From the NCBI GenBank assembly GCA_049999805.1, contig JBNGIO010006396.1, positions 347,691-397,008 on the forward strand: DNA of 49,318 bases. The letters run 5' to 3'. The notes under the pieces are model-generated. The model made no database searches and was not told where the DNA came from. It saw nothing but the letters and a program-made list of their open reading frames with translations. Numbering within the stretch: position 1 is the first letter of the stretch; the number at the start of each line of letters is the position of its first letter. The DNA comes from Folioceros fuciformis (lineage: Eukaryota). Shown in pieces: positions 35,305 to 47,985 of this stretch. Made by a program: the position numbers and the translations under genes.

Positions 35305-35817
35305 CCAGGGGTAGGTGCACGGATCCTTGCTATATAAGGAGAGCGCTTCCCGCGGATGTGTGAGGGTCAATGTAAATTCATTGGCCATCTGCTTTGTGAG
35401 TCAGGAACCCAAGGTCTCGAGAAAGAAATGTCGAGGGACAAGGTCTTGAAAGCCAATTTTTGCGTTATCGTTTCTTCTGTATCAGCTCTACTTGTGAAAT
35501 TGAAAACCGATTGAACCCTGTCTCTGCGCTGCCCTACTGTAGTACGAATTTCTCCTGTCGGGATTGGATTCCAGGCACAGCAAGGTTGAGCAGTATGTGA
35601 TTTTGATAAGACAAGACTTTTCGTTGTAGAGTCTTCCGAATGACAAACATACTTATTCTTAGCATCATACAAACTTGTAATAAGATCTAATTTGGTCCAT
35701 ATCGCTAACTAGTGCACATACAAGTGGGAAGGAGAACAGCCGAGAAAGTTCTTGCACTGATGAAGGGGATGCCTTCCGTCTTGATCAACAAGCAAATCTA
35801 CACATTTGGATCAAGCC

Positions 35818-35901
35818 AAGTAACTACTCCAACTTGATCTAAGTAACTACTCCCACTTGATCTAAGTAACTACTCCCACTTGATCCAAGTAACTACTCCC
35901 A
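35818..35901. repeat. 23-bp tandem repeat, ~3.6 copies
   Basis: aagtaactactcc(a/c)acttgatc(t/c) at 35818, 35841 and 35864; partial at 35887. Confidence 0.95.
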
Positions 35902-37516
35902 TAGATAGAAGGAGAAGGAGATCCTCCACTTGAATTCGGTACACTGAAAGCATCGAAGTCTACACGTAAGGGCGGCTGTGGCTTAACTTCGGCATACTAA
36001 ATGCACCAAAGTCCAGGAGCAAGGGCGGCTCTGGCATTTGGCACAGCTGTAGCTGACGCAGCAGCAGTAACACGTTTTCTGTCCAGAGAGCTTCAGCACT
36101 CCTCAAGCCATCACGCTGTGAGCTGCCTGCAGCTGTAGTCCTGTACGCGTACACTTGACGTTGTCCCGATCTTGCGATTCCCAACTCTGGGCAATGCCCT
36201 AGATCCCTTTCGATGTGCACAGACTCAAAGGTAACAAGGAAATGCGGAATTCGGGCAAGGTGGTGAACGATCGTGGTTGCAACCATACGTGCAGCTTGTG
36301 CGTCCCACCCTGCTCTACGAAGAGCTAACCCTGATCTGGATACCAATCTGCTGTTCGTTGCGGGAGCTGCATGAGCTAACTGTTGTGCACAGTGGATCAA
36401 GAGCTGCAGCGCTTTTCTTTCCCAGGTTCACCATCGACAAAGTCCTATTGCGATCTGGTACCCAATCTGTCATCCACCTGGGCCGTGGGTCACGGCGTCG
36501 TGTGGTTGAGCTGATTCCATCTTACAGGAGACGTGCCTTCTATGGCCCGGAGCTTCTCACGGAAAGGAAACAGTCTCTGCCAATCTGCCATCGACGAGCA
36601 TGCAGGTTTTGCAATTTAAAATGGATCGCTACTGGATCGGCACGTGATACACCAACCAATCGGGAACCCGGGAGCGTTTAGCCACATCCCATGAAGGGGA
36701 AGCAAAAGTAACGTGGTGAACAAGCATCGCCCCTTCCTGCTCCTTTCGACCATACACGACAAGCATCACATGCCCGAGCACTTGTCGGGCATGGCCAGCA
36801 ATCAGGACATGATCCGTGCACATACCTATGTCACTGCAATCTGTGTTTACGCTGTCAAAAACAAACCCGGCATGCATCTTCCAGACTCAGCACGTTTTGC
36901 ATGCTTGTCAACCAGGCAGCTCCCAAACACGCCATCGTTCAACGATCCTCCCATTCAGCAATGCTACCGCACTTCGGCAACTTCGAGTTCCCTACAAACC
37001 CAACAGTCTTCTGCTTCTCTCCCTCTCCCTCCCGTTCCCCGCATCTCTCCCTACCATCCCCTGATCTCCCCAGTTTCCATGACGAAAGATGCCATCCTCG
37101 AAGAAGTCCATTTCCCTACTTTTGGGAAGGCTTTTAAGCTAAAGGATCCTATACTTTATCGAAAAAGAGATGAGAGATTCCCTTTACCCAAAATTGAGGA
37201 AGAATCACATGGGGGCTAGCCTCCCTCAAAGATCAACCTCGTGACTACATGCAAAACTAATCTGAAGTAGAGTAAAATATAAATTTTAATAAGCCTCTTA
37301 ATCGAAATTATGAAATAAAAACTCAAAAATATTCAAAATTACTAAACTTCAAACTGGCCTAGGACGGCCATGGTGAGCTTGTAGCCGTGAGAAGGAGGTG
37401 AATGTCCATGTCAAGGAGAGTGTCGTGCGGTAGAGATCTATGCTTGATCATCGCTGTGAGTAAATAGTGGATTTCGGTAACTGAACCTATTCTCAGATGT
37501 AATTTCTACAATCAAG

Positions 37517-39130
37517 ATGGCCCGCTCGAAGCGTTGGACTGTCGGCTGCCAGAGGTGCTGCCAAACGAAGAAGGATGTCTTGGAGCTCTTGAATGAAGAA
37601 AAGCACGAGGTGGAAAATGTGCAAGCGAAAGTATGGAGACCGCCGAAAAATCATGTTGGCCAAAGCGCAGATGACAGGAGTGAAGAATTCGACTCATTTC
37701 TTCAACTGGCAGCCTGGAACGCACGCAAGGATCTTCCCGTGTTTGAGCCGAGGTTAGTTGGTGCCGCGCTTCCACCGATTGCGGAGGAGCAATCCGAAGA
37801 CGAGTTATGGCCTATTCCAGAGGAGCGTTCTGGAGAGTTCATTTCGGGCCCCTGCTGGAAGGAGAAGAGGCATCGGGAGAGAGCTCAGCAGGTTGCGGTG
37901 AGGGCACATACGGCAGAGGGAGGAGGAGATTGTGATGTTTCAAACACAGCGGAGCTGCTGGTGCAGGCTCGAGATGACGCAGGAAGTGTCTCACGGACTA
38001 AGGGAAGAGGAACAAGTGAGGAGGAGGTGTTCTTGAAGGATCGGAGGAAGGGTGTGAAGGCAGATTTGGGAGAGCCACCCCGAGTTGACGAACGTGAAGG
38101 TCAGGAGAAGGGGACGCACGTTCTGAGAGACGAGGAGGGGAAGGAGGAAGGAGACGAGAGTGCATGTGTAGATGTGAGCTTGGGACGGGATAGTGAAGAA
38201 CATGAGCTGCAGCTGGTGAGAGAGAGGCTGAAATTCTTGAGGCTGCCACCCGGGGATAGCGGGAAGTCATTGCCGCGTTCTTGTAACACAGAGTACGGCG
38301 ACACAGATGGCAAGGGATTCTCGGACGGAAATCGGCGGACGGTCACATCCAGGGAAGGGAAACAACGGGCCTCACGTAATTCGACCGTAGTGGATCACGG
38401 TGGTCCGAGCAGAAGATGCAATGCACCAGGATACATTGCTGATCCAGACATGTTTGCCTTGGAGGCGACGAGCTGCAAGATCCATATTCAGCAGTTTTTC
38501 GATCAGCTGAGTTCGTCTATGACTGATGCGGGAAGCCACAGGATGAGTTGCAGATTGCAGAATGCCAATAACGATGGAGTGGAAACGTGGCCTTCTGGAT
38601 CCGAGGCGGCAGCGTTCTACGTCAAAGCTTGCGGAACTATGGCCATTTTCCGCAACTTCGAGCAGGAGTCCTTCGGCCTGAAGAACAAGGAGGCGGCCAT
38701 CTTCTCACACCCTTCTTCACGCCAGATTGCCTTCATGGAAGATTTTAACACACAATCAGCCAGTCACGATTCTGTCCTCCAGTTCACGAAGATGAAGACT
38801 GAATTATTGGCAGAGACGTTTGGCTACCCGAGAGAGGATTGGCCTGACCTTCTCACGGAATCTTGTTCCCGAGCACTGCTATCAGTTTGGGGATTGCATA
38901 AGTTAGCCTTTGCCTTCGAGCCTCCCGTTACCATGTTCCAAGTGTTTCCTTCCACATCCTTCGACCCTCTACACATGGAGCCCATATGCACTGAAAAGAT
39001 CCCCAAGTCAGTCTTCTCCAAGTTCTCTGGTCTGGTCCAGGTACAGTTCATGGTGACACCGGGTTTCCATGTACAGGACAAACTGCTAGTCAGGAGTCAA
39101 GTATACTGCGCCAGCCGGAAGGCGACATGA
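37517..39130 (+). CDS. IRK-interacting protein / GIL1-family protein (single exon, 537 aa)
   Basis: The C-terminal FRNFEQESF...FTKMK...DWPDLL...SVWGLHKLAFAFEPPVTMFQV...FDPLHME...VQFMVTPGFHV..LVRSQVYC is the GIL1/IRKI C-terminal signature. Confidence 0.85.
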   Translation: MARSKRWTVGCQRCCQTKKDVLELLNEEKHEVENVQAKVWRPPKNHVGQSADDRSEEFDSFLQLAAWNARKDLPVFEPRLVGAALPPIAEEQSEDELWPIPEERSGEFISGPCWKEKRHRERAQQVAVRAHTAEGGGDCDVSNTAELLVQARDDAGSVSRTKGRGTSEEEVFLKDRRKGVKADLGEPPRVDEREGQEKGTHVLRDEEGKEEGDESACVDVSLGRDSEEHELQLVRERLKFLRLPPGDSGKSLPRSCNTEYGDTDGKGFSDGNRRTVTSREGKQRASRNSTVVDHGGPSRRCNAPGYIADPDMFALEATSCKIHIQQFFDQLSSSMTDAGSHRMSCRLQNANNDGVETWPSGSEAAAFYVKACGTMAIFRNFEQESFGLKNKEAAIFSHPSSRQIAFMEDFNTQSASHDSVLQFTKMKTELLAETFGYPREDWPDLLTESCSRALLSVWGLHKLAFAFEPPVTMFQVFPSTSFDPLHMEPICTEKIPKSVFSKFSGLVQVQFMVTPGFHVQDKLLVRSQVYCASRKAT

Positions 39131-40324
39131 CATCAGCGTCGGTGCCTGCCTTTTAACGTCAAGCCTCAACAGCATGGTGAGAGGGGCATTGGACCGACAG
39201 TACCAGGACCGTGAAGGCGCAACCTCCAAGCTTTACCCTAACCGGGATTTACAAGCTCCGTGCCCTTCCTTCCCCCAAAGCAGGCCAAATGACATTCGGC
39301 ATGTAAAGCATGCATTTGCACATATTCGCTAACGCCACCTGGTGTTGGTTCCTTCGCCAGCCAACTCGCAATTGGCCCACGATGGCATTCGAAACAAGCC
39401 TGGGTCTCTGCTCGTACCTTCACCGACAACGTTTCTCTGTTTCTCTTGCGTGCCCACAAGGCGGAATGTGGCAAGAGTAGATTATTCTTTTGTTTCCTTA
39501 CTCGATAAAGTCAATCTTGTTTTCTCCTTGTTTATACAGGGGTAGAGATGTTTCGAAATTGTGCAGAAGCCTGACTACTCGGGCTGCTGGCCACGCGGTG
39601 AAGGACTGGCTACCGCGCCCGCCTCTCCCGGCCTCTCACGGCCTCGCTGCTTGCGCCTGCTCTTTCGGCTTTGATTGCCCCTTCGTCCTTTCTTCTGTAG
39701 CTTCCTTCCCGAGGTTCGGCCGTTTGATCCACGATGAAGCCTCTGATCAGCGTTTGTACTTTTGCCATTATGGTGGGCAGCTGCAGATCTGCATGCCTCG
39801 GCAGGGTAGAGTAGGAAAGAGATATTGTATTTAGGATTGACGGAGAGTAGGAGCGGTGAGGAGGACATTCGAGATTGTGGGCTCTTGCGATGGCATTGCC
39901 AATTTTTTACCTTCTGTGATGGAGTGCAAAGAGCGTATGCTTCAAGCAGTGGGAGGCGGAGCTTTCAGAGCGTAGCATGCACGTGGAGCATGTGAAGGTT
40001 GTCAGGTGGGGCTAGGTGGCTTGGAGGTGAGCTGGAGTTGAATTGGCGCTTGTTGGGCGTTTGTCAGGGAGCTTTGTTGCGGGGGTGTGAACGTTGGGAA
40101 TTTGCCTGTGGGTCTGTGCAGAACAGGGTTCTATGGACAGACTGCGGCAGTGCGTCGTCGGATCGGGACCAGGTGTTGGGAAATTAGGCGTTGGGCAGGG
40201 GGACGGGGGTGGCTTTGGCTGCTGGGATTGTTGATAATTGACGCTTGAGACGGTGAAGGAATTCGGACACAGGCTGGGGGCTGGTTGGAGTTAGTGTATT
40301 GTGGTATGGTTGGTTGAAGGAGCC

Positions 40325-43284
40325 ATGACGGTGGCAGAGGGTAGGAAGAGGCTCGACAAGACGTTAGCGTCACCTGCTCTTACCGACAAAGCTACCGTTA
40401 GGAATATAGTGTACAGCCAGCTCCTCAGATCGTCTCCTGTGGTTCCAGGTAACTTGCCTCTTGCAGTAACGGTGTGGGTGGTGCGATTGTGCGTTTAGGA
40501 GGTTTGCGGTGAACGGTCTGCTAATGTTGGGGCTTGGGTTTGCGGCCAACCACAGATGGGAAGGATGATTTAGCTCAGGCAGACTTGGGGAAGCCTCCCG
40601 TGGAGGCGATTGATACGTATAGTGGCGAGGTTTGGGCGTTTCTAGAAGCTTTGAGGAGCACCTCGGGAGATCGTTTTGGGAAGCTCAGCGAAGGTGATGA
40701 CGATCATGGCGGATGGAAGGTAATGTGGTCGTGTAACCTAGTGGCAAGTGAAGGAAGGACACATAAGATGCATGTAATGAGTGTGATTTTCTTCTCCTGG
40801 TGCAGTTGAAGGAGGAGACAAGCCGATTCCGAGTCATGTACAGGGAAGGCTCTGACGGGACACCAATCCACACCTTGTGTTTGGAGGGAATCTTGGAGGG
40901 TCATATTCCTAATGGTAAGCTTTCAACGGTGCAGCTTGAAGCATAAGAGGGCTTCTTTAATGGGTTTATCATTGGCTTCGATAAGCATTGAGAGTAAGGA
41001 CGCCTCTTCCGGCATTTCTTGCAGCACTCTGCGTGAGCTGGGAAGCGCCTCTGTTCAGAGAATGGTAAGTCGATTCAATGCCTTGGTGTTCAGACATGTC
41101 ATCTTGTCCTGTGAACTTCACCTGAAAACTCAATTGGATTCAAGGTGGCCGCAATTTTCGATTCCAAGTTTCAAGATTTTGGAGTCAAAGTGGGTGCGAC
41201 GGATACGGGTTGGGCAAGACTTGGCTGCTCTCAGGTATGGAAAGCTATCAAGAATGCTCCATTGTTCCAACAATAGGTTCTTGACTGAACATTTCATTCT
41301 GAATGAAGGCTTCGTTTTTTGTGGATGCATCATGATGTACGTGTTGCTCTTATGAGAACGGCTCGTATCCTCAGATTTAAAGTACCATGGCCGTTTGCCC
41401 AGAGAGAGATTGTGTTTTCTTTGTTTGAGCTGGAGTACTTTCAGGAGGATCTTATTTTTGTACTTATGCATTCTGTAAGTGGCAGCTCTTGTCTGTTTCT
41501 ACATGTAGCAGATAATCCGCAATTGCTCATTTCACAATAGTGTGCATATGAGTGGGTAATTCCCTGAGCTGGGCTGACATTGGGTAGAACATTTCGACCA
41601 GGTTCCTCCAACGGATAGAATTGAAGAGAAAGCTTATGGATTCAGTGTCACGGATATCCCTCCAATCCCTCACTCTGTGGTGCGCATGGACCTCGGTGGT
41701 GGTTTTGTCTTGCAAAGAATGGCATCGGGTGTTTCGTATTTTCGGTACACTCCAATGCCAGTCGTTTTCAAACTAGAAGCATTTTGCAGAAGATGTGCAT
41801 AGATGGTATTGTAAAGCATATTCCTTTTCTTCTGGCAGAACGATCATGAATCTGGACATGAAGCTGGACTTCGTGCCACCCTGGGTCATAAATTTCATGT
41901 CCAGGCAACTAGCGGGTCAGGGATATAAGCTGTTCCAGAAGGTACTCTGCTGCTTTGGCCGGAAAAATTCTTTCTAATGGTTTCTGTTGCTCCATGTGCT
42001 TAGGTTTGCTGTGTGCCTTTCTTGTTTTAGGCTGTTTTGCAAGTGGATGCTGGGAAGGGTGGAAAAAGCTTTCAGCAACTAGTCAAGACTGAGCCATTGT
42101 ACGAACGGGTTCGGCAGGCACTGGAATGTGCAGAGAAGTACGAGTTTGGGAACTTGAATGTTGCAGCGGAGCAGGTTTCAGCCATGAAAGAAAGCACTCG
42201 AGACAAGGGAAAATCTTTGCAGGGGAGTCTGCGGAGGCTGGGCAGTGCAGAGAACTACCGGGTGGCACCATTACCGGAGGCACAGCCGCCAATAGCTCAG
42301 CCGGATCCTATTGTCCCTGATCCGGCCTCTACTGTTCCTGTCAAGCTGGCTGACTCAGGAGCCATCGAACCGACTTCGTCAACAAGTCCCATGTCACCTC
42401 CTAGTGAACAGAGGCTGGTGAGCCCGGTACCTGAGTCAGACAAGGGGAGCAGTGTGACAATCCCTCCTGTGGACGATGCTACAGATCCAGAAGTGAAATG
42501 GGCGTTACAAGTGTTGGAGAGAGTTATTGCCTATGTGAGGCAACATGGGACAGGATCTCTTCCTTGCCTCCAGCCTCGTGAGGAGCCCACTATCGTGGAG
42601 GAAAGACAACAGGATCAACCTCCGATTCAGCCGGAGGGCAATGTTGACTACCGAGCTTCTCAGCTGAAGATGGCAGGTGGGAATTCTCATCTCTCTGTTG
42701 TGGAACGTACAACAGAGAACGTTGTCAGCAGAGGTCCAGGACCTGTGAAGGTGGAGGCCAAACCTGTGACGGCGGAAACCAAGCCTGTGAAGGGGGAGAC
42801 CAAACCTGTGAAGGTGGAGACCAAACCTGTGAAGGTGGAGACCAAACCTGTGAAGGTGGAGACCAAACCTGTGAAGGTGGAGACCAAACCTGTGAAAGCG
42901 GAGGCCAGACCTGTGACGGGGGATGCCAAACCTATGATGGTGGAGGCCAAACCTGTGAAGGCTGATGCCAAACCTATGATGGTGGAGGCCAAACCTGTGA
43001 AGGCTGAGAGCAAACCTGTGAAAGTGGAGTCCAAACCTTCTTCACCTCAACGAAAGGGTCGTCCTCAGCGGACGGATTCTGGTCCACAGCAACCCCAGAG
43101 ATGGTCGATGTTCAAGTGCATACCGAGCAGGCTGAGCAGAAGACCTCCTCTGCTGATTGATGGACCACCAGAAGGGGAAGGGAAAATGCGTGAACAAATC
43201 TCTCCGGCCCTGCCCCGGAGTCCCGACACTGGCGAAATTGTATCAGTAGGCAACTTGTGTATAAGCGAGACAGACAGAAATTGA
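40325..43284 (+). CDS. START/polyketide-cyclase-like lipid-binding superfamily protein, multi-exon, with a long low-complexity C-terminus
   Basis: Exons RKRLDKTLASPALTDKATVRNIVYSQLLRS, HGGWK|LKEETSRFRVMYREGSDGTPIHTLCLEGILEG, WPQFSIPSFKILESK, FKVPWPFAQRE, VVRMDLGGGFVLQ, RTIMNLDMKLDFVPPWVINFMSRQLAGQGYKLFQK, DPEVKWALQVLERVI. GT-AG boundaries. Confidence 0.88.
42740..43037 (+). repeat. Coding 21-bp tandem repeat (KPVKVET-like, ~14 copies)
   Basis: aaacctgtgaaggtggagacc and variants within the last exon of the START-like gene. Confidence 0.95.
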
Positions 43285-43395
43285 CTGGTCTGGATTCGAG
43301 AACAACGAGACTGGACCTCGTGCGTCGTAAGCATTGGCTGCCTGTGGAATTTTGTTACAGCGTTAAACTGGCAACTTCTCTGCCGATGTAAAAGA

Positions 43396-43425
43396 CGCAG
43401 CGACCCAAGAACAGACTTTCTTGTT
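43396..43425. promoter_or_regulatory. Candidate AW-box (minus strand) next to a CTTC/MYCS core upstream of STR
   Basis: 43396-43409 reads CTTGG-gtcgctg-CG on - (CnTnG-n7-CG); TCTTGTT at 43419-43425. Both lie ~200-230 bp before the first ATG. Confidence 0.4.
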
Positions 43426-43628
43426 TAGCAGTTCTCGTTTTCATCGTCCACGTGAGAGGCCATACAAGTGGACCTCGCATGGCAGAAGCGCGCTTGAGCG
43501 CAAAGGAATTGTCGTCTCCAGGCGATTACTCAAATGCGTGAGCCCACGTATTGGTACATGGTCCCTGCTGCAAGCATTTGCTCTTGTGAACGGCGCCAGG
43601 CTGCTGTAAGTCTCGGTGGAGTTCATGG

Positions 43629-46600
43629 ATGTTTGTGAGACGTCTTGAACGAGTCGAGACTGTAGGGATGGCGCCAGGGAGGTCTGCTGCTGCAGCTGCT
43701 CATGAGTCCCCGGACGAATCGGCGATCAAGACTCTCGAGAGCCTCCTCATTGATGACAGCAACCTCCCGGCAAATGACCCAAAACTGCCGAATTCCGGGC
43801 CCCATACCCAGTCCTGTGTTGGTGGGCACTCCAATACGACTTACAGTCTTGCTGGCAAGACTTGAGCAGTCGTTGGAGGACTGAGCTCACTCGTGTTGCT
43901 GCCTGCAGGTGATTACACCTCTACAACACAGCGAGCCATGAGGAAGTCTCGGATCGGGAGCTCAGGGATGTTCACCATCTTGCCCGGGGGCGGGCTCGAG
44001 TTTCAGGATCTCACGTACACTGTCATGAAGAAGGTATTGTCATCGAGCGTCGAGATGAATTATATTAGCCAGTGTGTATGTAGTAGCATTGGCTGGAATG
44101 GCAGCAGCAGCAAGGAATTGAAGTGCGAGGCCTGTCGTCTTGAAGGTGACAATGGAGAACAAGTCCGTTGTGAAGAAGGAAGTGAACCTGCTGCATGGTA
44201 TCACTGGAAACGCTGCTCAAGGAGAGGTAGGCAGTATTAGCTCGCCACATGGAGCTGGTGCTTGGAAGTCGGATCGTGTGTCGGTACAGCTCTTGAAAGA
44301 ATCACGAATCTAGCAGAATAATTGCGTTCCGAATTCTGCTCCCGGCAGGTGACAGCGATCATGGGGCCGAGTGGTGCTGGAAAGTCCACCTTCCTGGATG
44401 CTCTGGCAGGAAGGATCTCATCTGGAGCTTTGGAAGGAAGTGTCATGGTCGATGGCCAGCCTGTGACTGCTAGCGAAATGAAGATTCTGTCCGCGTACGT
44501 GATGCAGGATGACCAGCTGTTCCCCATGCTCACGGTCTTTGAAACCCTCATGTTTGCTGCGGAAGTCAGACTGCCTCACCAGATGTCGACTGAGGACAAG
44601 AGGGCCAAAGTAGTTCATCTCATCGACCAGTTGGGGTTGACGGTAGGTTTACAGTCAGACAGCCCAACATCCCAAGCCTTCTTGGTATCACATCGAAAGG
44701 ATGCAAGAGCGTGTAACGGGCATTGAACATCTGATGAAGGGAGAAGGTTTGTCTCGATGCATGTCCTGCAGGGAGCCACCAACACTTACATCGGGGACGA
44801 AGGTCGGAGAGGGGTTTCGGGAGGGGAAAGGAGAAGAGTGTCCATTGGGGTGGACATTATCCACGGACCTCAGCTGCTGTTCCTGGACGAACCCACGTCC
44901 GGATTGGACTCCACCAGTGCCTTCAGCGTGGTGGAGAAGCTGAAGGCCATAGCTCAAGCTGGCAGCACGGTTCTGCTCACCATCCACCAGCCTTCCTTCC
45001 GGATTCAGCAGCTTCTCAGCAAGATTATCATTCTTGCCAGGTACAAGCCACACCACTCAGGTCATGCCAAACAAGGATTCTCTGTGATACTGGGATCTCG
45101 TCACAGCCTTCACAATCATGGACTCCGAAATGTACTCCATCCTACATGCGTGGGATGTGTAACATGTTGGGTTCTTGGATGCAGAGGACGGCTCATCTAC
45201 CAAGGCCCGCCTTCCAGCGTGGAAGCTCATCTGTTGGCATTCGGGCGAGAGGTTCCGTCATCCGAGAACAGCATCGAGTACCTTCTGGACGTGATAGTGG
45301 AGTACGACAAATCCGATGTTGGGCTGGACCCGCTGGTGCAGTTCAATCTGGATGGCAAGAAGCCCATGCCGGACCACACACCTCAGCCACGGACTCCTGG
45401 ACAGGTTATCTCCCGGTCTGGAGAGCTCACCAGCATCGTGACCGTCCCCCGATTTGGACATGTCCTTGCGGAGGCCAAAGGCTACCCCAACTACAGCAAC
45501 AAGGCGTCTCGGGAGAACTCGCCAGCTCGCACGCCAGCAGCCACTCCCAGGACAGGGCAAGGACAAGTGAACGACTACTTCGATCCCTACGACAGCTATG
45601 ACCACTCCTTGAACGCCAGGGACAAGGTGCCCAAGCTGGCTGTTCTTTTCTACAAAGATCTGGGAGAGTGGTTTGACAAGGACAGAGCTGGAGCAGGAAG
45701 GACACCCAGCCGGGGAGGATTGTTCCAAACAGGTGGAGCCCCCAAGACACCGAATTATGTTGTGCGCAGAACTCCTTTGAGGTGAGTTGGGTGGAACCTT
45801 CCGGTTGTTGGATCGGGTTCAGGATCTTTGGATGCTCAGATCGGAGCTAGATCTGGATGATTGCTCAGAATTTTGCTGACTGGAGATGAGTTTCAAAACC
45901 CTCAGGGTACAAGCTCCTGCTACTACTACTGGAAAGATTGCCACCCCGAATCGAAACTCTGCAGCAGCCGCAAACAAGTTACATCACCTGAGCAAGTCCT
46001 TCACTCCCGGACGCACCATGTCAGAGTCCGAAGGGACGCTTGAATCTGACGACTTCGACACACTGTCGGACGAGTTGATCGAACACAGAAAGTTCGCAAA
46101 TCCATGGTTCAGAGAGGTGAGCCTGCAGATGCCTTCGCGTACCTGATCGCTCTGCTGAAAAGAGACACATTTTGAGAAGCCATTTGACAACGGTATGTAT
46201 GCTGCCAGGTGAAGGTACTCATGTGGAGGAATTTTCTCAATATCAAGCGGACTCCCGAGCTATTTCTATCCAGGCAAATGGTTATCACCACCATGGCATT
46301 CATGCTTGCTACGTTGTTCAAGAGACCGCCCCATACTGTCTCTGGAGCTACGAATATCCTGTCCTTCTACATATTCGCTGTATGTCTTCTCTTCTTCTCC
46401 TCCAATGACGCAGTTCCAACATTCATCCAAGAAAGGTTCATCTTCATCCGAGAAACGTCCCACAATGCCTACCGGTCTTCAACGTAAGCCGCACCCGCGT
46501 AAATCACGGTCCTACTACATCTCCAAGTCCTCACGGAGTCAGAGTCTTTTGTCATTCGACCCCAGCATTTGGAACTAATCTGCAACTGTGTGTGTTTCCT

Positions 46601-47208
46601 GCAGATATGTGATTGCGAACTTCCTAGTTTACCTTCCTTTCCTGGCCATACAGGCTATGACCTTTGTGCTCATCACGTGGTTCGTCGTCCTGAACTTCCA
46701 AGGGGGTTTGCAGGGCTTCATGATCTTCTGGGTCATCCTGTACTCATCTCTCATCACGACAAACTCTTTCGTCATGTTCGTCAGCGCTATGGTGCCCAAC
46801 TACATTATGGGATATGCAGCTGTAATCGCCCTCACGGCTCTCTTCTTCCTCACCTGTGGCTTCTTCCTTGATAGGGAACACATCCCCAGAGTGTGGATCT
46901 GGCTTCACTGGTTGTCTACAATCAAGTACCCCTACGAAGCTCTAGTCCACAACCAGTTTCGAAAGATAGATTGTTACAACAACGCAAGCCTGCCGTTCCT
47001 CCCAGTGCCTGGTCCCCTGGTGGCACTCGTGCCTTCCGCCATCGATGTCGCTAAGGACTGCAACATCAATGGGCAAGACATCTTGAAGGCTCTTGCCATC
47101 AAAGGCGGCATCACTACAGATGTTGGGGTTCTTCTTCTCTGGGGTGTCTTTTATCGAGCGCTGTTTTACATCATACTGCGCTTCTACTCCAAGAATGTCC
47201 GAAATTGA
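43629..47208 (+). CDS. STR: ABCG half-transporter STUNTED ARBUSCULE (STR) orthologue, ~9 exons (start ATG 43629 or 43668)
   Basis: Walker [38 protein letters not shown], signature [12 protein letters not shown], Walker [16 protein letters not shown]-type features: [31 protein letters not shown], long TP-rich linker with [52 protein letters not shown]. Confidence 0.92.
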
Positions 47209-47242
47209 CATCCTCGAGTACTAGCAACCGAGGTACGTGCTA

Positions 47243-47302
47243 GTAGGGTTAGGGTTACGACTAGGGTTACGACTAGGGTTACAGTTAGCGCTAGGGTTAG
47301 GT
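47243..47302. repeat. Degenerate telomere-like TAGGGTT tract just after the STR stop
   Basis: tagggttagggttacgactagggttacgactagggttacagttagcgctagggttagg. Confidence 0.7.
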
Positions 47303-47582
47303 TTGTTAACGCAATTTTGCGAATGAAGTCGACGTAGCCACATGGATGCACAGGGCTCGAAGCTGAGCCCTGAGGGAATGGACACCATGTTCTCTAGTTC
47401 TTGTGTTTTCTATTTGCAGACGTTGTTGGGTTTCCAATTTACTTTCCTTTTCCATTCTTTGCTTTCAAGAAACGGGCATTTATTATTTATTAATATTTAA
47501 TTTCTTATTATTATTAAGACGTTCACGATTTTAATGCACACAAGTTTAACAAGCTGTGATGAGCCAATAATAGATAGTGTTG

Positions 47583-47985
47583 ATTAGAGGTTGGTTTCTA
47601 ATTTAAAACAGACTAATATTAATTAGAGGTTGGTTTCTAATTTAAATTAGACTAATAATAAATATTACCAATTAGAGGTTAGCTTCCTATAGTGGGTTTG
47701 CTATCGCATAGGTCTATAAGAGGAAGCCACAACCTTCTATGCTCTATTGGTGTAGACACACTCATCCACAACCTTCTATGCTCTATTGGTGTAGACACAC
47801 TCATTCCTACTTGAGTGCTTACCATCAATAAAAGCTTGAGAAATGGAGTAAGAACTATTGCTCATACATAGTTGCGAGTCACGTATTATTGCCTCCTTCA
47901 ATATTGCTCCTCCTCAAGGCTTTCATCTTTCTCAAGACTTTCATGGTTCTCAAGGCTTTCATCTTCCTCAAGACTTTCATCTTAT
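47583..47985. repeat. Cluster of short tandem duplications in an AT-rich leader (about 39-bp x2-3, 40-bp x2, 18-bp x4)
   Basis: attagaggttggtttctaatttaaa...; ccacaaccttctatgctctattggtgtagacacactcat twice; ctcaag(g/a)ctttcat four times. Confidence 0.8.

Noticed and set aside
35960-37219. ORFs of 130-170 aa between the LysM exon and the IRKI-like gene
   Set aside because: No domain signal; overlapping on both strands; unsupported as genes.
43629-47208. Assignment as STR2 or a generic ABCG1-type transporter
   Set aside because: The long TP-rich linker with FYKD, the VGLDPLVQF motif and KFANPW.REV fit STR better, as recalled; phylogeny would confirm.
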